NCBI GenBank assembly: GCA_030265395.1
Contig: JARFYF010000119.1
Coordinates: forward strand, 44,519,152 to 44,583,151
DNA length: 64,000 bases
Source of the DNA: Rhina ancylostomus
Lineage: Eukaryota
Direction of reading: 5' to 3'
The notes beneath the pieces are model-generated. The model made no database searches. It was not told where the DNA came from and saw only the letters and a list, made by a program, of their open reading frames with translations. Positions 13,474-27,437 of this stretch are shown here, piece after piece. The position numbers were made by a program, and so were the translations under genes. Each line of letters opens with the position of its first letter. The stretch's first letter is position 1.

Positions 13474-16269
13474 ATGAGTCAGGCAAATTTTGCCTTCCGC
13501 CATATAAGTGTCTGCAGGCAGAATTTGACATCAGAGTGCAGCACTGATTTGCCATTAATTCTGTTTTGTTAAGTGGGGCACTGGTTAGACAGAACTCAAC
13601 TGAGAAAGAAAGATGTTTAAAGCTAATTAATGGGAAACTGGTTGAAAGTCAAATTCCTCTGGCTGTTTCTGTGATCCAAGAGGATTGGAGGTTTCTGTTG
13701 TTGTTTAAAGTTGCATTGGGAGTTTTGTGACAGATGTGAAGGAGTTTTCATGATCCAAGGCTTCTGAATAACAAGACATGAGAAGAAGCATGGAGAAGGA
13801 GAGTGTGGAGAGGAAGTATCTCGGAAGGAAACACCATCTGGCCAGATGGACAAGGAACAACTCCTCCCAACCACATCAAGAACAGATGCATAATTATCTA
13901 TGTTTCAATCAGAATGTTTTTTTTCTGAAGCCTGCCAAATGGCAGCCCTGCTGCAACTTCAGAGCAGGACAAAGACTACATGGCCAATGCATATCTAAGT
14001 GACCATAGCATTAAACTGTTATTTGTCAGCCTCCTTTCAGCCTGGAGCTGGATATACTTTTAATATATCTCAGTTTATTTTCCATCATTGTAAATGATAG
14101 AAAGATTTCAATTTATGTAGCACTTTTCTCAACCCTTTCAGGACATTGTAAATCATTTCTCTGTGTTATTAAGTGTCTCACAATGTATGATGATGATATC
14201 CCTGTCATGGGTAAATAGCTTGCAGTATGTACAAACTGAGAAGTGCTCGTGAATGTTGAAGATGAAGTAAAGTGTGTGAATGCTGGTTTGAGTCCTGGTA
14301 TCTGGTCGGCAACAGACAGTGTAAATGAAATATGATGAGGTAGTGGCACAGTTGACAATTGAATTTATTATGGCATTGCATCTTCCAACCCTGACTTCAG
14401 TAATTAACATCTAGGGTATCTGCTCCTACTTCCTCCTGAGCTTTTGTCTGGGGGTGGGGGGGGGTCCATGGACCTCTATGCACACAAAATGTTTTTACTA
14501 CTTTTCAATTCCTCCACCAAACCACCAGAGTAGTGGTGAAAATCCTTGTCATTCACAGTCTATCCTATTCTCTACCATTTCCTATGTCACAAGCTGTTTC
14601 ACCCACAATGCATCACCTCATTAAATGGTGCAGTATAGCTTTAACTGGAACTAGCCATCCAAGATATTGGCCTGTTGATGCATCTAGCTAATCAATTGCA
14701 TGGTTAACACTGGCCAGAGGCTTATATCATTTTCATTGAGCAGGAAGCATGAAGTAAGGATACTCCCTGCATTGCAATCTATAGGCAATGGTTAATACCA
14801 TACTGAGATTCTCATAAGTGACTNNNNGAGCTTTCGAGTTTATCCCTCAGTTTTTAAAACTGGACTTGGGTGGGCAGACAAAATAGAATGAATTGCTTTT
14901 GCAGGCCCTTATACAATATGCCTGATTTTCAGTTTTATGGACATCAATGGAACTGAATATCTGGCGGGTGAATAGAAGGGACCAATGCACACTCACCTGT
15001 TTCATGTTTGTGCCTATATCCAATTTCACCCATAAAGCCTGCCTGAAGTATTTAATAATTGTCAGATGAACTTGTTTGATCCTTGACTATAAATTCCTTC
15101 AGTCTTAATAAGTTATTGTCATAACATGCAAGCTGTTTTAGTCAAGAAGTTCTCAATTAGTGAATATCGCTCCTGATGTGTTATGGAAATCAAAGCCATC
15201 GGTTTTGTTTGCAGTGACTGTATACCTGGTGTTGAATGCTGAGAGTTGCTTTGAGGATTCTTTAAATCAGTCACTGTAACTTTACCAGCAGATTGACAAA
15301 GAATCATATTAATGCTTCTAATAAATCTTCTGCTAAAGTTATAACGGACTATCAGAAGAATTCTCTCACAAACCAATGGCAGAACCTTGTGTTAGTGGTT
15401 TTAAGCATAAAATAAAGTACAATGGATTTATCAGCATGGATATTGACACAATTTTTTTTTGATTCTCCAGCAAGGCTTAGCTTAGTGCCATTCACTGCGG
15501 CAGTGAATCACTGTGGCAGGGTTTTTCAACTGAGTGGCTAGCAATGTGGTTTCAGAGGGCAGTTAAGGATAACCCACATTGATGAGGGACTGGAGTTACA
15601 TGTAAGACCAGATAAGGATGGTAGGTTTACTTTCCTGAAACACATTCATAATTCAGTTGAATTATTTTTCAATAAAGATCTGTTTTGCTGATCTTACCTT
15701 TTCATTTCCAGACTTTTTTTTAAAGGGATTTGACTATTATTCCATGTCACTTGATTACAGGTCCTGGAACATTATTTTACTTTGTTAATAACACATGGAT
15801 ATTGTTGGCACTACTGGCATTTATGATCCATCCCGAATTATCCCTGATCTGACGAGGCAAGAATCAACCATGTTATGCAGCATTTCCCAGATCTCTAACA
15901 TGTCACCAATGACAGAATATAAGGGAAGGATAAGAAATGACCAACAGGTTCACCAAGCCAACCTGATTCTGCTCTACACATGATTAACCTACCTCCTATT
16001 TTTTTCTCTTGAGAGAGCCATACAACAAGGGGAAACTCCGAGAAATTTCTTTTTGTTTCTCCAAGGCAATCAGGTCAACCCTCAGGAGAATGTGAGTGTC
16101 ATAAATCTTCACAATCAATGCCTCCACCAGTATGTTCTCTATAGCTGAAAATATCCTCTACTTTGGACATATTTGTATGGTCATTTCCACAGAGCAGAAC
16201 TCCATAAAGAGAAACGCTTCTTGAGATCTTGTGTATTCTTTTGCTTACGCATTTTCTATGGATATATCT

Positions 16270-16490
16270 CATCAACCCTACCCTATTTCAAATAATATGT
16301 CAAATTTGGATGAGATCAATCCTTCCAGCATTTTAAAATCTAGTAGAACATTCCTTCTCTTCACTTTCTTTAATGTAAACAGCTCTAACTGATGGAATCT
16401 CTTCTCATAAATAACAGCCCATTGATTAAGTATCTTTCTGGTTGTCTTTCTCTGCACATTCTCCAGCATCTCAAGTATGGATATTCAGAA
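16270..16490 (-). mobile_element. Old CR1 LINE ORF2 C-terminal fragment
   Basis: ORF 16278-16469(-) reads LENVQRKTTRKI...YEKRFHQLELFTLKK.KRR, the CR1 LE.VQRRATK...YEERL..L.LFSL motif. Confidence 0.7.
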
Positions 16491-17672
16491 CTGTTTTTTT
16501 AAGTTAAGCACAACCATTTTTATACTTGATGGAGCAACCAACACAATCTGAAGCCCTTTAGAGTTTCTCTTTAATTATTTCATTCTGTTTATTGGTCTGC
16601 AATGAAGGAATACCAATTAGTTCCAGTTCCCTTTCTTAAGCCCCTAACCTTAACAGAGGTGAAGCCTTTTGAATGGAATGTTGGTTACCTCTGAACCACC
16701 TCTTGGAATAAACTTGTTCAGGAAAGGATTTACTGAGCATAGACTAGCATTTGGATTGGATTTATTTAACATGACCCTGCAAAGCTTTGTAAAATGATGA
16801 AACAAAAGTAGTCTGATGGAATCACTCGACAGTTCAAGCATTATTAGTTGAGACAACAATCAATGAATCAGATCTGCAGACTCCTGGTCAAAACCAGAAG
16901 GTTAATTGCATGTGTGCTTTCCTCCCCCTTCCTTATGTTCTTTTCCTTTTTAAATCTTGTTCAGTGGGAATTTCTTTCAGTCTACATTGGATTCCCAAAA
17001 GATTGACATGGACCTACATGTAGTTAAACCAAATAATACCATCCTGAACACCATTCTGCACCCATTAAATGTCTTCACTGCAGAGTTTTGACCCAAGGAC
17101 TGTGACAGTAATAATTAATACTATTCAAAGATGCTTCCTCTCAGATATTCTGATGTCTACAACAGTAATTATCTTGTCTCACGAACTTTCTGAGTACTTG
17201 AGTTATTCTAGCAGCATCAACGCAGTTTCATCGTAGTGCACTTTAATGTGGATGTAAACTTGACTATGATGTAAATTGTCACCAACTTCTCATCACATTT
17301 CTTTTTGTCATCATATTGCATGATGAGAAAATTTTAGTATCACTTGCCATTCATTATTATAAATAATAATTCCTTCGGCACTCAAAGTCTAAAAAGATTG
17401 CCTTTAAAAACACTGTGTATGTTACTATAAAGGGTGAAGTGTACTTTTATGTCTGTCACCAATTATGTTTACAGCCATAAAGTTCTAATGACACGGGTGT
17501 CATGGTTCTGAGTTCTGGCTCTCAATTTGGCTCCATTAATGCCTTGTTGTCCAGCACATGGATTCCATGCTGNNNNNNNNNNNNNNNNNNNNNNNNNNNN
17601 NNNNNNNNNNNNNNNNNNNNNNNNNNNNNNNNNNNNNNNNNNNNNNNNNNNNNNNNNNNNNNNNNNNNNNNN

Positions 17673-18128
17673 TACACATATTGGCCTTCATTTCTCTTAT
17701 AGCCAGGAGAGCTGTATTGCTTAAATGGAAGGAAACTATTCCTCCCACTTGTACTCAATGGTTATGGGGTGTTATGTCATATCTAAATTTAGAGAAGATC
17801 TGTTGCTCTATTTCTGGATCTATTTTGAACTTTTAAATATTATGGGGACCTTTTCTGAACTACTTTAAAAATAACTGATTTGGGGCTCACTGTACAGATA
17901 TTGGCCAATACTATCATGTCTTCATGATGTTATTAAACAGTTTTGGTAGTGGGGTTAGATTTTTTTATAATAAAATTATTCCAACTTATCAATATGAATT
18001 TTTTTATTGATATGAAGCATTGTGATTTCTAGAGTGATTCAATATAATCTATTTTGTAATATTTTTCTTCCTCTGTTTCATGTACTTTGTTCTTATTTGA
18101 AATTAATAAAAATATTGGGAAAAAAAAG
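17673..18128 (+). mobile_element. L1-clade LINE 3' end (ORF2 C-terminus, 3' UTR, A-rich tail)
   Basis: LAFISLIARRAVLLKWKETIPPTCTQWLWGVMSYLNLEKI...WGPFLNYF matches fish-type L1 C-termini. It is followed by AATAAA and an A-run near 18105-18127. The 5' part is lost in the gap. Confidence 0.8.
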
Positions 18129-21100
18129 GAAGTCAACATTAGGACTTGGGAAAGTGTTAGATCTGCCATCAAAGTGTGACATGGTGTTCACAGTGTGCAA
18201 CTGCTAGTTTTTCCATTATTTATTATATCAGTACACATACTAGTCAGAGCAAATTCACAGAATCACAACATGATAACAATATAGAATGAGGCCATTCCAC
18301 CCATCAAGTCCATACTGTAAATATGCAAGAGCTTGACAGCTATTTTCACTCCTTCACCCTTTCCCCATAACTGCGCAAAGCTGTCATTACCTAAGCTGTC
18401 AAGATAGTCAGCTGACAAGATGAACAGAGTCCAGTTGTACATGAAGGAAGTATTTGAGTGGAAACCTTTTCTGAAAAGGAGTAACAACCAGCCATGAGTT
18501 AACAGCACAGATGGCACTGCTAACTGATGGCTGCCTGCTTCTCACATCATATTAAAACCATTTGGTAAAAAATGTTTAATCATCTGTGCCTGCGAGCCAA
18601 AATATAATTGCAGAATGGAAGCAGATTTCCTTTTAGAGAAACAGAAATAAAAATAGCCCACAATAGGGTAAATCTTGGGAATACTAACCATTGATCATTA
18701 AACAGAAGCCATTAAATTGCATTTAGTATTTACCCAAAACAGCTGTGTTTACCATGCTTCTTTTGAAACATTGTTGAATAAACTTATGTTTCTTGGAATT
18801 AATTGAATATAATTGGTGGAGGAAAGAAATGAAAATATGATTTGCCTTAGTGTAGCATCTTCTCACAACTGCAGGATGTGAGGAGAAGCTTTAAAATTAA
18901 AAAAATTTTTTTAACTTTATGCACGGATGTGCTGCAACACCAGATATATGGATGCTGTGTAGGGGCTGGTGATTAATTATCTTAAGCCCGTTTTAGGATT
19001 CAGTTACAATATGCTTGATCATAAAGTGCCTAGAGATAAAAAGTCAGCAGTAAAGTAGTTTCAGTGGCCATTTTGTTGGCTTGAATCAATGGTAATTCTG
19101 TCCAGGTGGTGTAAGTAATCATTTCTGGCCTGTTTATATAGTGGGTACAGCCATTTGCATCTTTTGTGCTCAGTTGCATTGAAGAGGACTTGCAGGTCTT
19201 CTATGGCAGCTACTTTTTCCTCTCTCTCTGGCTACATGCCACAGCATGGTGGCGCATTTATCTGCATGTTCCAGCAACTTTAGTAGATTACGTTCTTGTG
19301 AGGTGGAATGAAAGGATTGCATGAGTCGTGAAGTCTGGTGAACTGACAGTCCTGAGTGAGTCAACCCCATTCTTCTTTATTCACTTCCCTGGTCTGCTGC
19401 TTTCAGCAAGACTGGCCTTTTAAAGACTGCATTCATTTCCATGCATTCCAGCAGATTACACCCATTTTTTGTAGGATTTAAGTCAATGACTCCCTCACAG
19501 ATAAGCAAGTGCATTGACCTAAGTAACTCTTGTGTTAATGGCCCACAATTTCATGACAGACCCACAAATGCTGTACTTAGACTCGCCCCACCTTGCATAC
19601 TGCTGACTATATTTTGCACTCTAAATTGGAAGTGCAAGATAGAAACAATGCAAGTAACTCTACAGGATGTATGGGAGCTGATTGCACAGGACAAGTATAT
19701 TTGTATCACCTTAACTAATCAGACAGCATGACTGTGGAATTAAATGCATAAGGACTGCGTGAGACTTGAAATGAATGAATTCAATGCCATATTGGGTATA
19801 GAACAAAAGGAAAGAAAGGGTTGATTTAGAGAGAAATAGAACAAAGATGCAGAGAAAAAAATATAAAATAAATATTTATTTTGGACAATAAGGATTAAAA
19901 TCTAGAAGAATGAATATTAACAAAGACAGGGGAATCTCAAAGTCTGAGAGCTTGGTAATAATTGGTACTTATCACATTGTTAAAAGGTATATAAACTTAA
20001 AATGACTTGAGTTAATTTACTATAGTAAGTTTACTTCAATTTTGCATAAATACAGCAGCTTAACACTGTTCAATGCACCCAGTGAGACGCCATCTTCACG
20101 AAGGCAACATCATATTTTCGTTATTTATTTTCAATCACCTAAAGTTGCTGTGGTAATTGATCTGGGTCATCAGTGGGTGCACATCTTCGTCCATTGACAG
20201 AAACATAATACAACTCATGCACATATTTTGTCACTTATTTTTTGCGATCTCCTCCTGTATTTGTGTACTTTTCATTGTATTGAAGATTTTGGTAATTAAA
20301 TTTATATGGAAGTTTTCCCAATCCTTCATTGTAACATTGGCAGAAAGTTTATGGATGAGCCGCTTTCCCAGATAAGTGGTATTAGCTGCTTATTCCTGCT
20401 GTTTTCCAGAGTTAAGTCAGGTCATCGAAGTTACAGAGAACAGAGAGAAATGAAATCTCTATTAAGGTCTAATAAATTACAAAGTATTCCATAATATAAT
20501 CATGATAATCAATAAATATAGAACATTCAATGAACATATAAACATATAAATTTAGCTCAATACATGACTCAACCAACTTCCAAGAACAACCTTTGTTGTG
20601 AGGATTTGTTTTTAAAATGTGTTAGCACTAATTTCCAATAAGAATCGTGAAAATTTTCATTGCAGAAGTTGTATAAATTGAAATGACTGTTTTTCTTTGC
20701 TGAAACAATTTGTTGGAGGATCATTATAATCATTACCCCTGATCAGGAAACCAAAACATGCAATAGCTATGGATTCATGACAGCTCTTGTCATCTTCTTG
20801 AAGGAAGGGACAATTCCAAGTTATAACTAATAAGCTGCAATTAGCTGCAAGAGGAATTAGGACTACTGTGGTTTAATGGAACTTTACTTGATTGCCTTAG
20901 GGATTGAAAGAGTATTACCCAGCGTTTTACACAAATCAGCATCTGGGTTTTGTTTGCCCCTTCTAGGACATGGTATCATCAGTTAACATATCTGAATAGT
21001 ACCGTTGTCATGGATTAAGTGGACTTTTCCAGGGTTTGCCTTTATATGTATGAATCTAATGTATTATTTTGCATATTTGAGTTAAAGTGGCAATGACATC

Positions 21101-22874
21101 TCATGTGGGTAACAAGATGACAAACTGTAGCTGTTGTATTNNNNNNNNNNNNNNNNNNNNNNNNNNNNNNNNNNNNNNNNNNNNNNNNNNNNNNNNNNNN
21201 NNNNNNNNNNNNNNNNNNNNNNNNNNNNNNNNNNNNNNNNTGTTGTATTGGATGTCCATTCCTTGTGATCAGTAGTCTTATCTACAATGGTGAAGTACAC
21301 TTGCAAACTGGAAAGGAAATAAAGCTCTTTGTAAAACATATTTAAAGTGGAAGGCTTAAATTGGCTTAATTTTGCTTTTAGATGGTGTATTTTCAACTTC
21401 AACCAATAACTATATTTGAATATTCAAAAATATTTTGAACGACAGACTTCTGGCAGAAAAACAAACATCTTTCATTGCCACAGTCACATGATAATAAAGA
21501 AGGCGTGGAAAATCATCCTGCGTATTAAGTGCAGTTCTGTTTATAAAGATTAAAATTTTTGCTGAGCAGCCTCCTCCTCCACAAATGCCATATGGATTCA
21601 TCTGGAGTTTTCACCCTTTTAAGCACACGCTCCAGAAATGAGTGAGACAAAAAGTAAAAATTCTGATATAAACATGGTGCTGCTCTCCAGCTGGTCTTAT
21701 GTATACCTTTTTGTAAAATTGGAAATCCATCATTCAACCAACCTGCTGTCATACTTCAATAATAGTTCACTTCACCCACATTTAGAACAAAATATAAGTT
21801 TAACACCAAGTGCATTGTGAACCAACCTCATTTCACATTGGATTACAGTAGTGAAGGAATTGTGATTAAAATATTTGTGTGGACTTACAGTTTGTTTTGT
21901 TCCTATCTTATTCAGTTGCAGCGCAGTAAGGCATATTGTATTGATGCATGTAAGCAGACAACACCCAGTTATTAATGTCTGCATTTAAGTTGTAGAAAAT
22001 ACCTAATTTTAATTTTTTTTAAATTTGTAATTCTTTGAAGACATTGATGGAATATCAACAAAATATCAGATTTCAAATATTTCTACAAGGGAATGCTTGT
22101 ATTTTCAATAAAAATATTATCTGCTAGCTATATTTCACTCACCCTGTGTAGAATCAATGGTAACATACAACTGGAACTGATCCAACAACAACCTACCTCC
22201 TGTGTACATATTTGACCACAATAGTATTGGGTTTGGATACAAAATAGTCCTTGCAAAAATCAAAGGCTGAGAAATTCAATTTTATGGTGTATGTCTTTAT
22301 TTGCACTACATGTTTGAAAGAAAGGACAAGGTCAGACTTTTTCATTTAGTATGCACTCTGTGAAATTTGATCATTAGCTTCATGTGATGCATCTTCACTT
22401 GGAGGCCATTGGGTTTGCATTGGTAATGTCAATGGTATGCCTCAGATGCTTGATCTAACTTCTACAACACTGGTGTGGGAATATGCAACATAGAAGCAGC
22501 ATGGAACTCAACAGGAACTCATGCCTTAACAATGGAACGAAGGGTGTCTCTGGAGCAAATTGAAGGAATAGCCCTTATGTAGGAGCCGTTAGGAACTCTA
22601 CCATGTAAAGCAATCATGTACCTTTTGGTCTAGGGACCAGGTGCTTTTCTATGTTGCAGAAAGCATTCCTACCTTACAGAGGGTCCAAAACATTCTGATC
22701 CTTGCCATTCTGATGTCCATCTCTTTTATTGGTATTGATATTGGTTTATTATTGTCATTTTTCACTGTACTAAGGTACAGTGAAAAATTTGTCTTGCATA
22801 CTGTTCGTACAGATCAATCCGTTACACAGTGCATTGAGGTATCATGGTATTGATTGAATATTGGAGAAATAGGG

Positions 22875-22930
22875 TGTCCCACTCAGCTTCAAGTGTCCCA
22901 CTCTCACAAATGTCCCACTCAGCTTCAAGT
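22875..22930 (+). repeat. Short tandem triplication of tgtcccactc(agcttcaag)
   Basis: Units start at 22875, 22894 and 22911. Confidence 0.85.
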
Positions 22931-23369
22931 ACTCAGCCATCTGATTCATTCCTGCTACTTACAGCAGCCACTCTTGGGAGATTGTTCAGGAATGTTGGTG
23001 TTTTACGAATACTTCTTAAATTAGATCTATAAATCAAGAAGGGTCCAAGAATGACCAAGTTTACATGACTCTTTGGATGTCTTGCAAAAACATAAATAAC
23101 TCATGCTCACCAGAAGAAATAGGTGTGAGTCCCCATGCACAATGACATTTTGGCACACATTTCTAATCTGAAGCTTTATCTCCATCGTGTGAACTGATTC
23201 CATTCAGAAATGTGGAAATTTCAAGGTGCCACTATGGATAGATGAAGAAGAGACTGAAAAGCCTAAAATGACCATTCAAATCACTGTGGGATTTCAGCAG
23301 CAGAATAATTATGTACTCTTACGATCTTAAACTCAAGACCCTTAAATCCTCACCTCCATCGACATCAAG

Positions 23370-23700
23370 CATCCAGGTTTAAGCTAACAAGCAACAGGTA
23401 ACACTCATGCCATTTAAATGGAGGAAATGCCCATACATCTGTCGTTGATTATCAATGGTGTCACCATCACTGAGCCTTCCATTATCAACAGTCACCATTA
23501 ACCAGAAGCCAAACCAACAAATCACAGCAATGATGTAGCTACAAGGGAAGGATGGATGCTATATACTCTGCAATGTGGTTCATTTCTTGGTTGCTGACTA
23601 CCTAAATGTTTCAACAATCTGATAAACTATCATCAGTTACCTGGTTGGATGCAGTGGTAACAAAAATCACAAAGCCCAACACCACCCAGGACAAACTCAT
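23370..23700 (+). mobile_element. Degenerate copy of the LINE family at 7610-8375, opposite orientation
   Basis: caatggtgtcaccatcactgagccttccattatcaaca...accacccaggacaaa aligns to the reverse complement of ~8020-8320. Confidence 0.55.
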
Positions 23701-23759
23701 TAGTTGTTCATTTCTCTAGTCAAAAACAAATGCCACACATTTGCAGCCCCATAACTTTC

Positions 23760-24048
23760 AGAGCTGTTACTTGAGTGGTGTCTTGGTAGCTTTTGCATTT
23801 TTAAGATGGAAAGTTATATGCCTCAGCGAGAGGATCCTACACCACTGGAGGTACTGTGTTTCTGGTAAGAATTCAACAGTGTCCCATTTGCCCACTCAGG
23901 AGGACCAATATTTACCTATTAACGAGCATCACTGGAAAAGATCATCTGTTCAATCTCATTACAGTTTGTCGGACCAAACTGTGTGCAAATGTACTGCCAG
24001 ATTACAATATATCCACTGGCTGTATATCAATGCAAGTCTTTTCTTTTC
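23760..24048 (+). mobile_element. Degenerate Deu-domain SINE (SacSINE1/AmnSINE-like)
   Basis: Contains ccaatattta...catcactggaaaagatcatctg...gtttgtcggacc and the tail aatgcaagtcttttcttt. Confidence 0.5.
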
Positions 24049-25221
24049 CCCAATAAAGCTGGAAAGCCTCTCGGAATAGGCTAGCTTGAAGGAATGATTT
24101 TGTATGATGACCAAGCAGTAAATTTTCAACTACATGAGAAGGTATTTTTGAAGGCAATGCATACTGAGAATAGACATCAAAACCCTCTGTTATTTAGAGG
24201 GAGAAACATCCCATTACCTCTTTGCCCCTTCTGATCATTTCCCACATGAAACAAGCATTTTGTTCTTCTGCAATCTGCCACCATGAATTACCTGGAGAGA
24301 CTTGTGGGGCTATAATAGCCAAAGCAAGTGCAGTGCTGTCTTCCAACACTGCTTACCCATGGCAACACTTCATCTTCTTGTTGCTGCCTGAGAAAACTAA
24401 TCTCACTATTAAAACCTGAATTTTAAAACAAAAGCACACATACACACTGGAGTGGACTTTGGTCACAAACACAGTTAAACGTTTTCACAATACCTGCCAG
24501 CACTTTTAATGTTGAATATTTTAAGACTANNNNNNNNNNNNNNNNNNNNNNNNNNNNNNNNNNNNNNNNNNNNNNNNNNNNNNNNNNNNNNNNNNNNNNN
24601 NNNNNNNNNNNNNNNNNNNNNNNNNNNNNGCTTGCCTTCTTCCAGTGAGCCATTCAGCAGTGATTCTGTACCACCTGTGGTTCCATGTTACTTTAGCCTT
24701 GAACCTTAAACGGATACACCTCCCTATCCAGGGTCATCAAAGGTTTGAAATTCCTATTTTTGTATGGAGCAAAGTGGTGAAAATTATTTTGTACACTATT
24801 TTAAATATTTTATTGAAATAATTCAGATAAAAACTTGACATCTTGGCTTAGCAATTTGAGCATGCCAAAAAATGGCTGAGTAGAGGTCAAATGCCTGTTA
24901 GTGCTGTCCCAGGCAGCATGTAATCTTTGTGCTGCCTTCTCATTATCATCATTCAGCCGTGTAGCCAGCAATGCACATACTATTCATAGGCTGCATGCTT
25001 GGATGAGGGGGCCTGCTATTGGGTACTTTGGATCACAGTTAAAGGCATCCTGTCTCTCTTAAAGGGGATGTACATTATCACTGCAAGCAGGAGGGAGAGA
25101 GTACTTGAAAGTTTTAGTTCTGCCTTAGAGGGATAGGAAGAAGGAAATCTATTCACTTAGAGATAGGAAGCCCTCAGGGATACCTCCAGCTGTAGTAGGC
25201 AGATATGGTGAGGCCATCGTC

Positions 25222-25900
25222 ACAAGAACACAAAAACACAACAAAATAGGAGCAGGAGTAGGCTACGTGGTCCCTCAAGTCTGCCCTGCCGTTCATTGTG
25301 GTTATGGCCTCAACTCTTCGGTTGTGCCAGATCCCCACAGCCCTCANNNNNNNNNNNNNNNNNNNNNNNNNNNNNNNNNNNNNNNNNNNNNNNNNNNNNN
25401 NNNNNNNNNNNNNNNNNNNNNNNNNNNNNNNNNNNNNNNNNNNNNNNNNNNNNNNNNNNNNNNNNNNNNNNNNNNNNNNNNNNNNNNNNNNNNNNNNNNN
25501 NNNNNNNNNNNNNNNNNNNNNNNNNNNNNNNNNNNNNNNNNNNNNNNCGTTCTCTCAGTGTCTGTATGGGTTTCCTCCGGGTGCTCCGGTTTCCTCCCAC
25601 CTTCCAAAGACATATGGGTTAGGAGTTGTGGGCATGTTATGTTGGCACCAGAAGCGTGGTGACACTTGTGGGCTGCCACCTGAACACCCTACACAAAAGA
25701 AGCATTTCACTGTGTGTTTCAATGTACATGTGACTAATAAAGATATCTTATCCTTTTTCTTGAAATTATATGCCTCATTCAAGACTCTCCAGTAGTAACA
25801 TCTATCCTGTCATGTTCCTCAGGATTCTATATTTTTCAATAAGATCACTCCCCATTCTGCTAAACTCCCAAGAATATAGGCCCAAAGTGTTTAGTCTTTG
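25222..25900 (-). mobile_element. CR1 LINE 3' end interrupted by a gap and a SINE
   Basis: The tail aagaacac...aaataggagcaggagtaggc is followed after the SINE by caataagatcactcc...ctaaactcc, the reverse of the CR1 SLE.RR.RGDLIE region. Confidence 0.65.
25548..25753 (+). mobile_element. V-domain SINE (HE1-related)
   Basis: Contains the canonical V core gggtttcctccgggtgctccggtttcctcccac and shares its tail with 9405-9580. The 5' head falls in the gap. Confidence 0.85.
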
Positions 25901-26299
25901 TAAGAGACAACACAAATGTTAGGAGGTTAGCTCCCAAGTTGTATTCAACCACAGAAGTGCAATGATCTCACTTTGCCTACTGTAGAACTCTCTTGTTTGA
26001 ATTATCCTCCAGTAATTTAGGAAAATTGCCAATATTTCTGAACTTTCAGTGGGATCTCGGGCTGCATCCCTCTTGTCTTTTGCTTTTTTTTGTCTCACAG
26101 ACAGAAGCGATTCCAGTGCAGTGAGCGGTTGCCTGTGATTACCTGCTGAGCAGCATAACATATTCAAACTGTGGGAAACAGTAGGAGAGCAACTCTCCCA
26201 CTTACACCTCCTAAGGATTTGGAAGTACAGGAAGCTTTGGCTTAAAGAGTCCCTGATGCACAAGTTCCTTAGTGAGCTTACAAGATATGTCAAAATAAC

Positions 26300-26425
26300 A
26301 AAGTTACTGGAAGTTCTGAAGAAAGATCATCAACCTGTGACACTAACTGTTTCTCTCTTCACAGATACTACCTGGACTACTGAATACTTCCAGTATTCTC
26401 TGTGCTTTTCACACATTTCTAGAAT
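26300..26425 (+). mobile_element. Penelope-like tail fragment
   Basis: ctgaagaaagatcatcaacctg...ctgtttctctcttcacagatactacctgg is homologous to the other tails. Confidence 0.6.
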
Positions 26426-26589
26426 CTACATTATTTTGCTTCGGGATACCACTATTATTTCCCACCATCATTGCACAATGCCCTGACAGTATTCCCATTT
26501 CCTGATAAACTTCACTACACCACTTTTCCCCTTGCATTCACACACTCAAAGTTTCTGCAACCCTCACTTATGCACAATTCACATCTAAA

Positions 26590-27210
26590 GCTGGCCTTCA
26601 TCAGTCAGGGCATTGAGTATAGAAGCTGGGATGTTATGCTGCAGTTGTACAAGGCATTGGTGAGGCCACAGTTGGAATATTATGTTCAGTTTTGGTCACC
26701 CTGCTAAAGCTGGTAAGAGTGAAGAAGAGAATTACAAGGATGTTGCCAGGACTCGAGGGACCGAGTGATGGAGAGACGTTGAGCAGGTTGGGACTTTTAT
26801 CCCCCCCCCCATTGGAGCGCAGGAAAATGACGGGTGATCTTAGAGGTGTATAAGATCATGAGGGGCATAGATGGGGTGAATGAACTCACAGTCCTCTCCC
26901 CACANNNNNNNNNNNNNNNNNNNNNNNNNNNNNNNNNNNNNNNNNNNNNNNNNNNNNNNNNNNNNNNNNNNNNNNNNNNNNNNNNNNNNNNNNNNNNNNN
27001 NNNNNNNNNNNNNNNNNNNNNNNNNNNNNNNNNNNNNNNNNNNNNNNNNNNNNNNNNNNNACTAACAACATTGAAAAGGAACTTGGACAGGTACATGGGT
27101 AGGAAAGGTTTAAAGGGAATATGGGCCAAACATGGATAAATGGGAATCTTGGTCAACATGGACCAGTTAGCAAAGGGCCTGTTTCCATGCTGTATGAGTC
27201 CATAATTCTA
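26590..27210 (+). mobile_element. CR1 LINE 3' end (HER1-like)
   Basis: Reads LAFISQGIEYRSWDVMLQLYKALVRPQLEYYVQFWSPC, then GDL.EVYKIMRGID and TLKRNLDRYM, followed by the 3' UTR. Confidence 0.9.
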
Positions 27211-27437
27211 CAACACACTGAATATCAACTAGTCCACTATAACAGATACTTTTTCCAAACAATGCATTAATTAGGGGAAGGTCATCCACAACCCCAAGCA
27301 ATAAGTGGCCACAGGAAGAAGTAGACAGGACCAGAGTCGTAGACATGATGAAAGGCACAGAGTTTATTCTTTAATTTTTTTTCTCCTTCTGTCTCTATAT
27401 CACACTTCAGTAAATGTGTTTCTTGTTCTGAACTTGG

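Noticed and set aside
22875-22930. Repeat-spacer-like pattern (CRISPR-like)
   Set aside because: Only three 10-bp units with identical first and third spacers in vertebrate DNA, so a simple slippage duplication.
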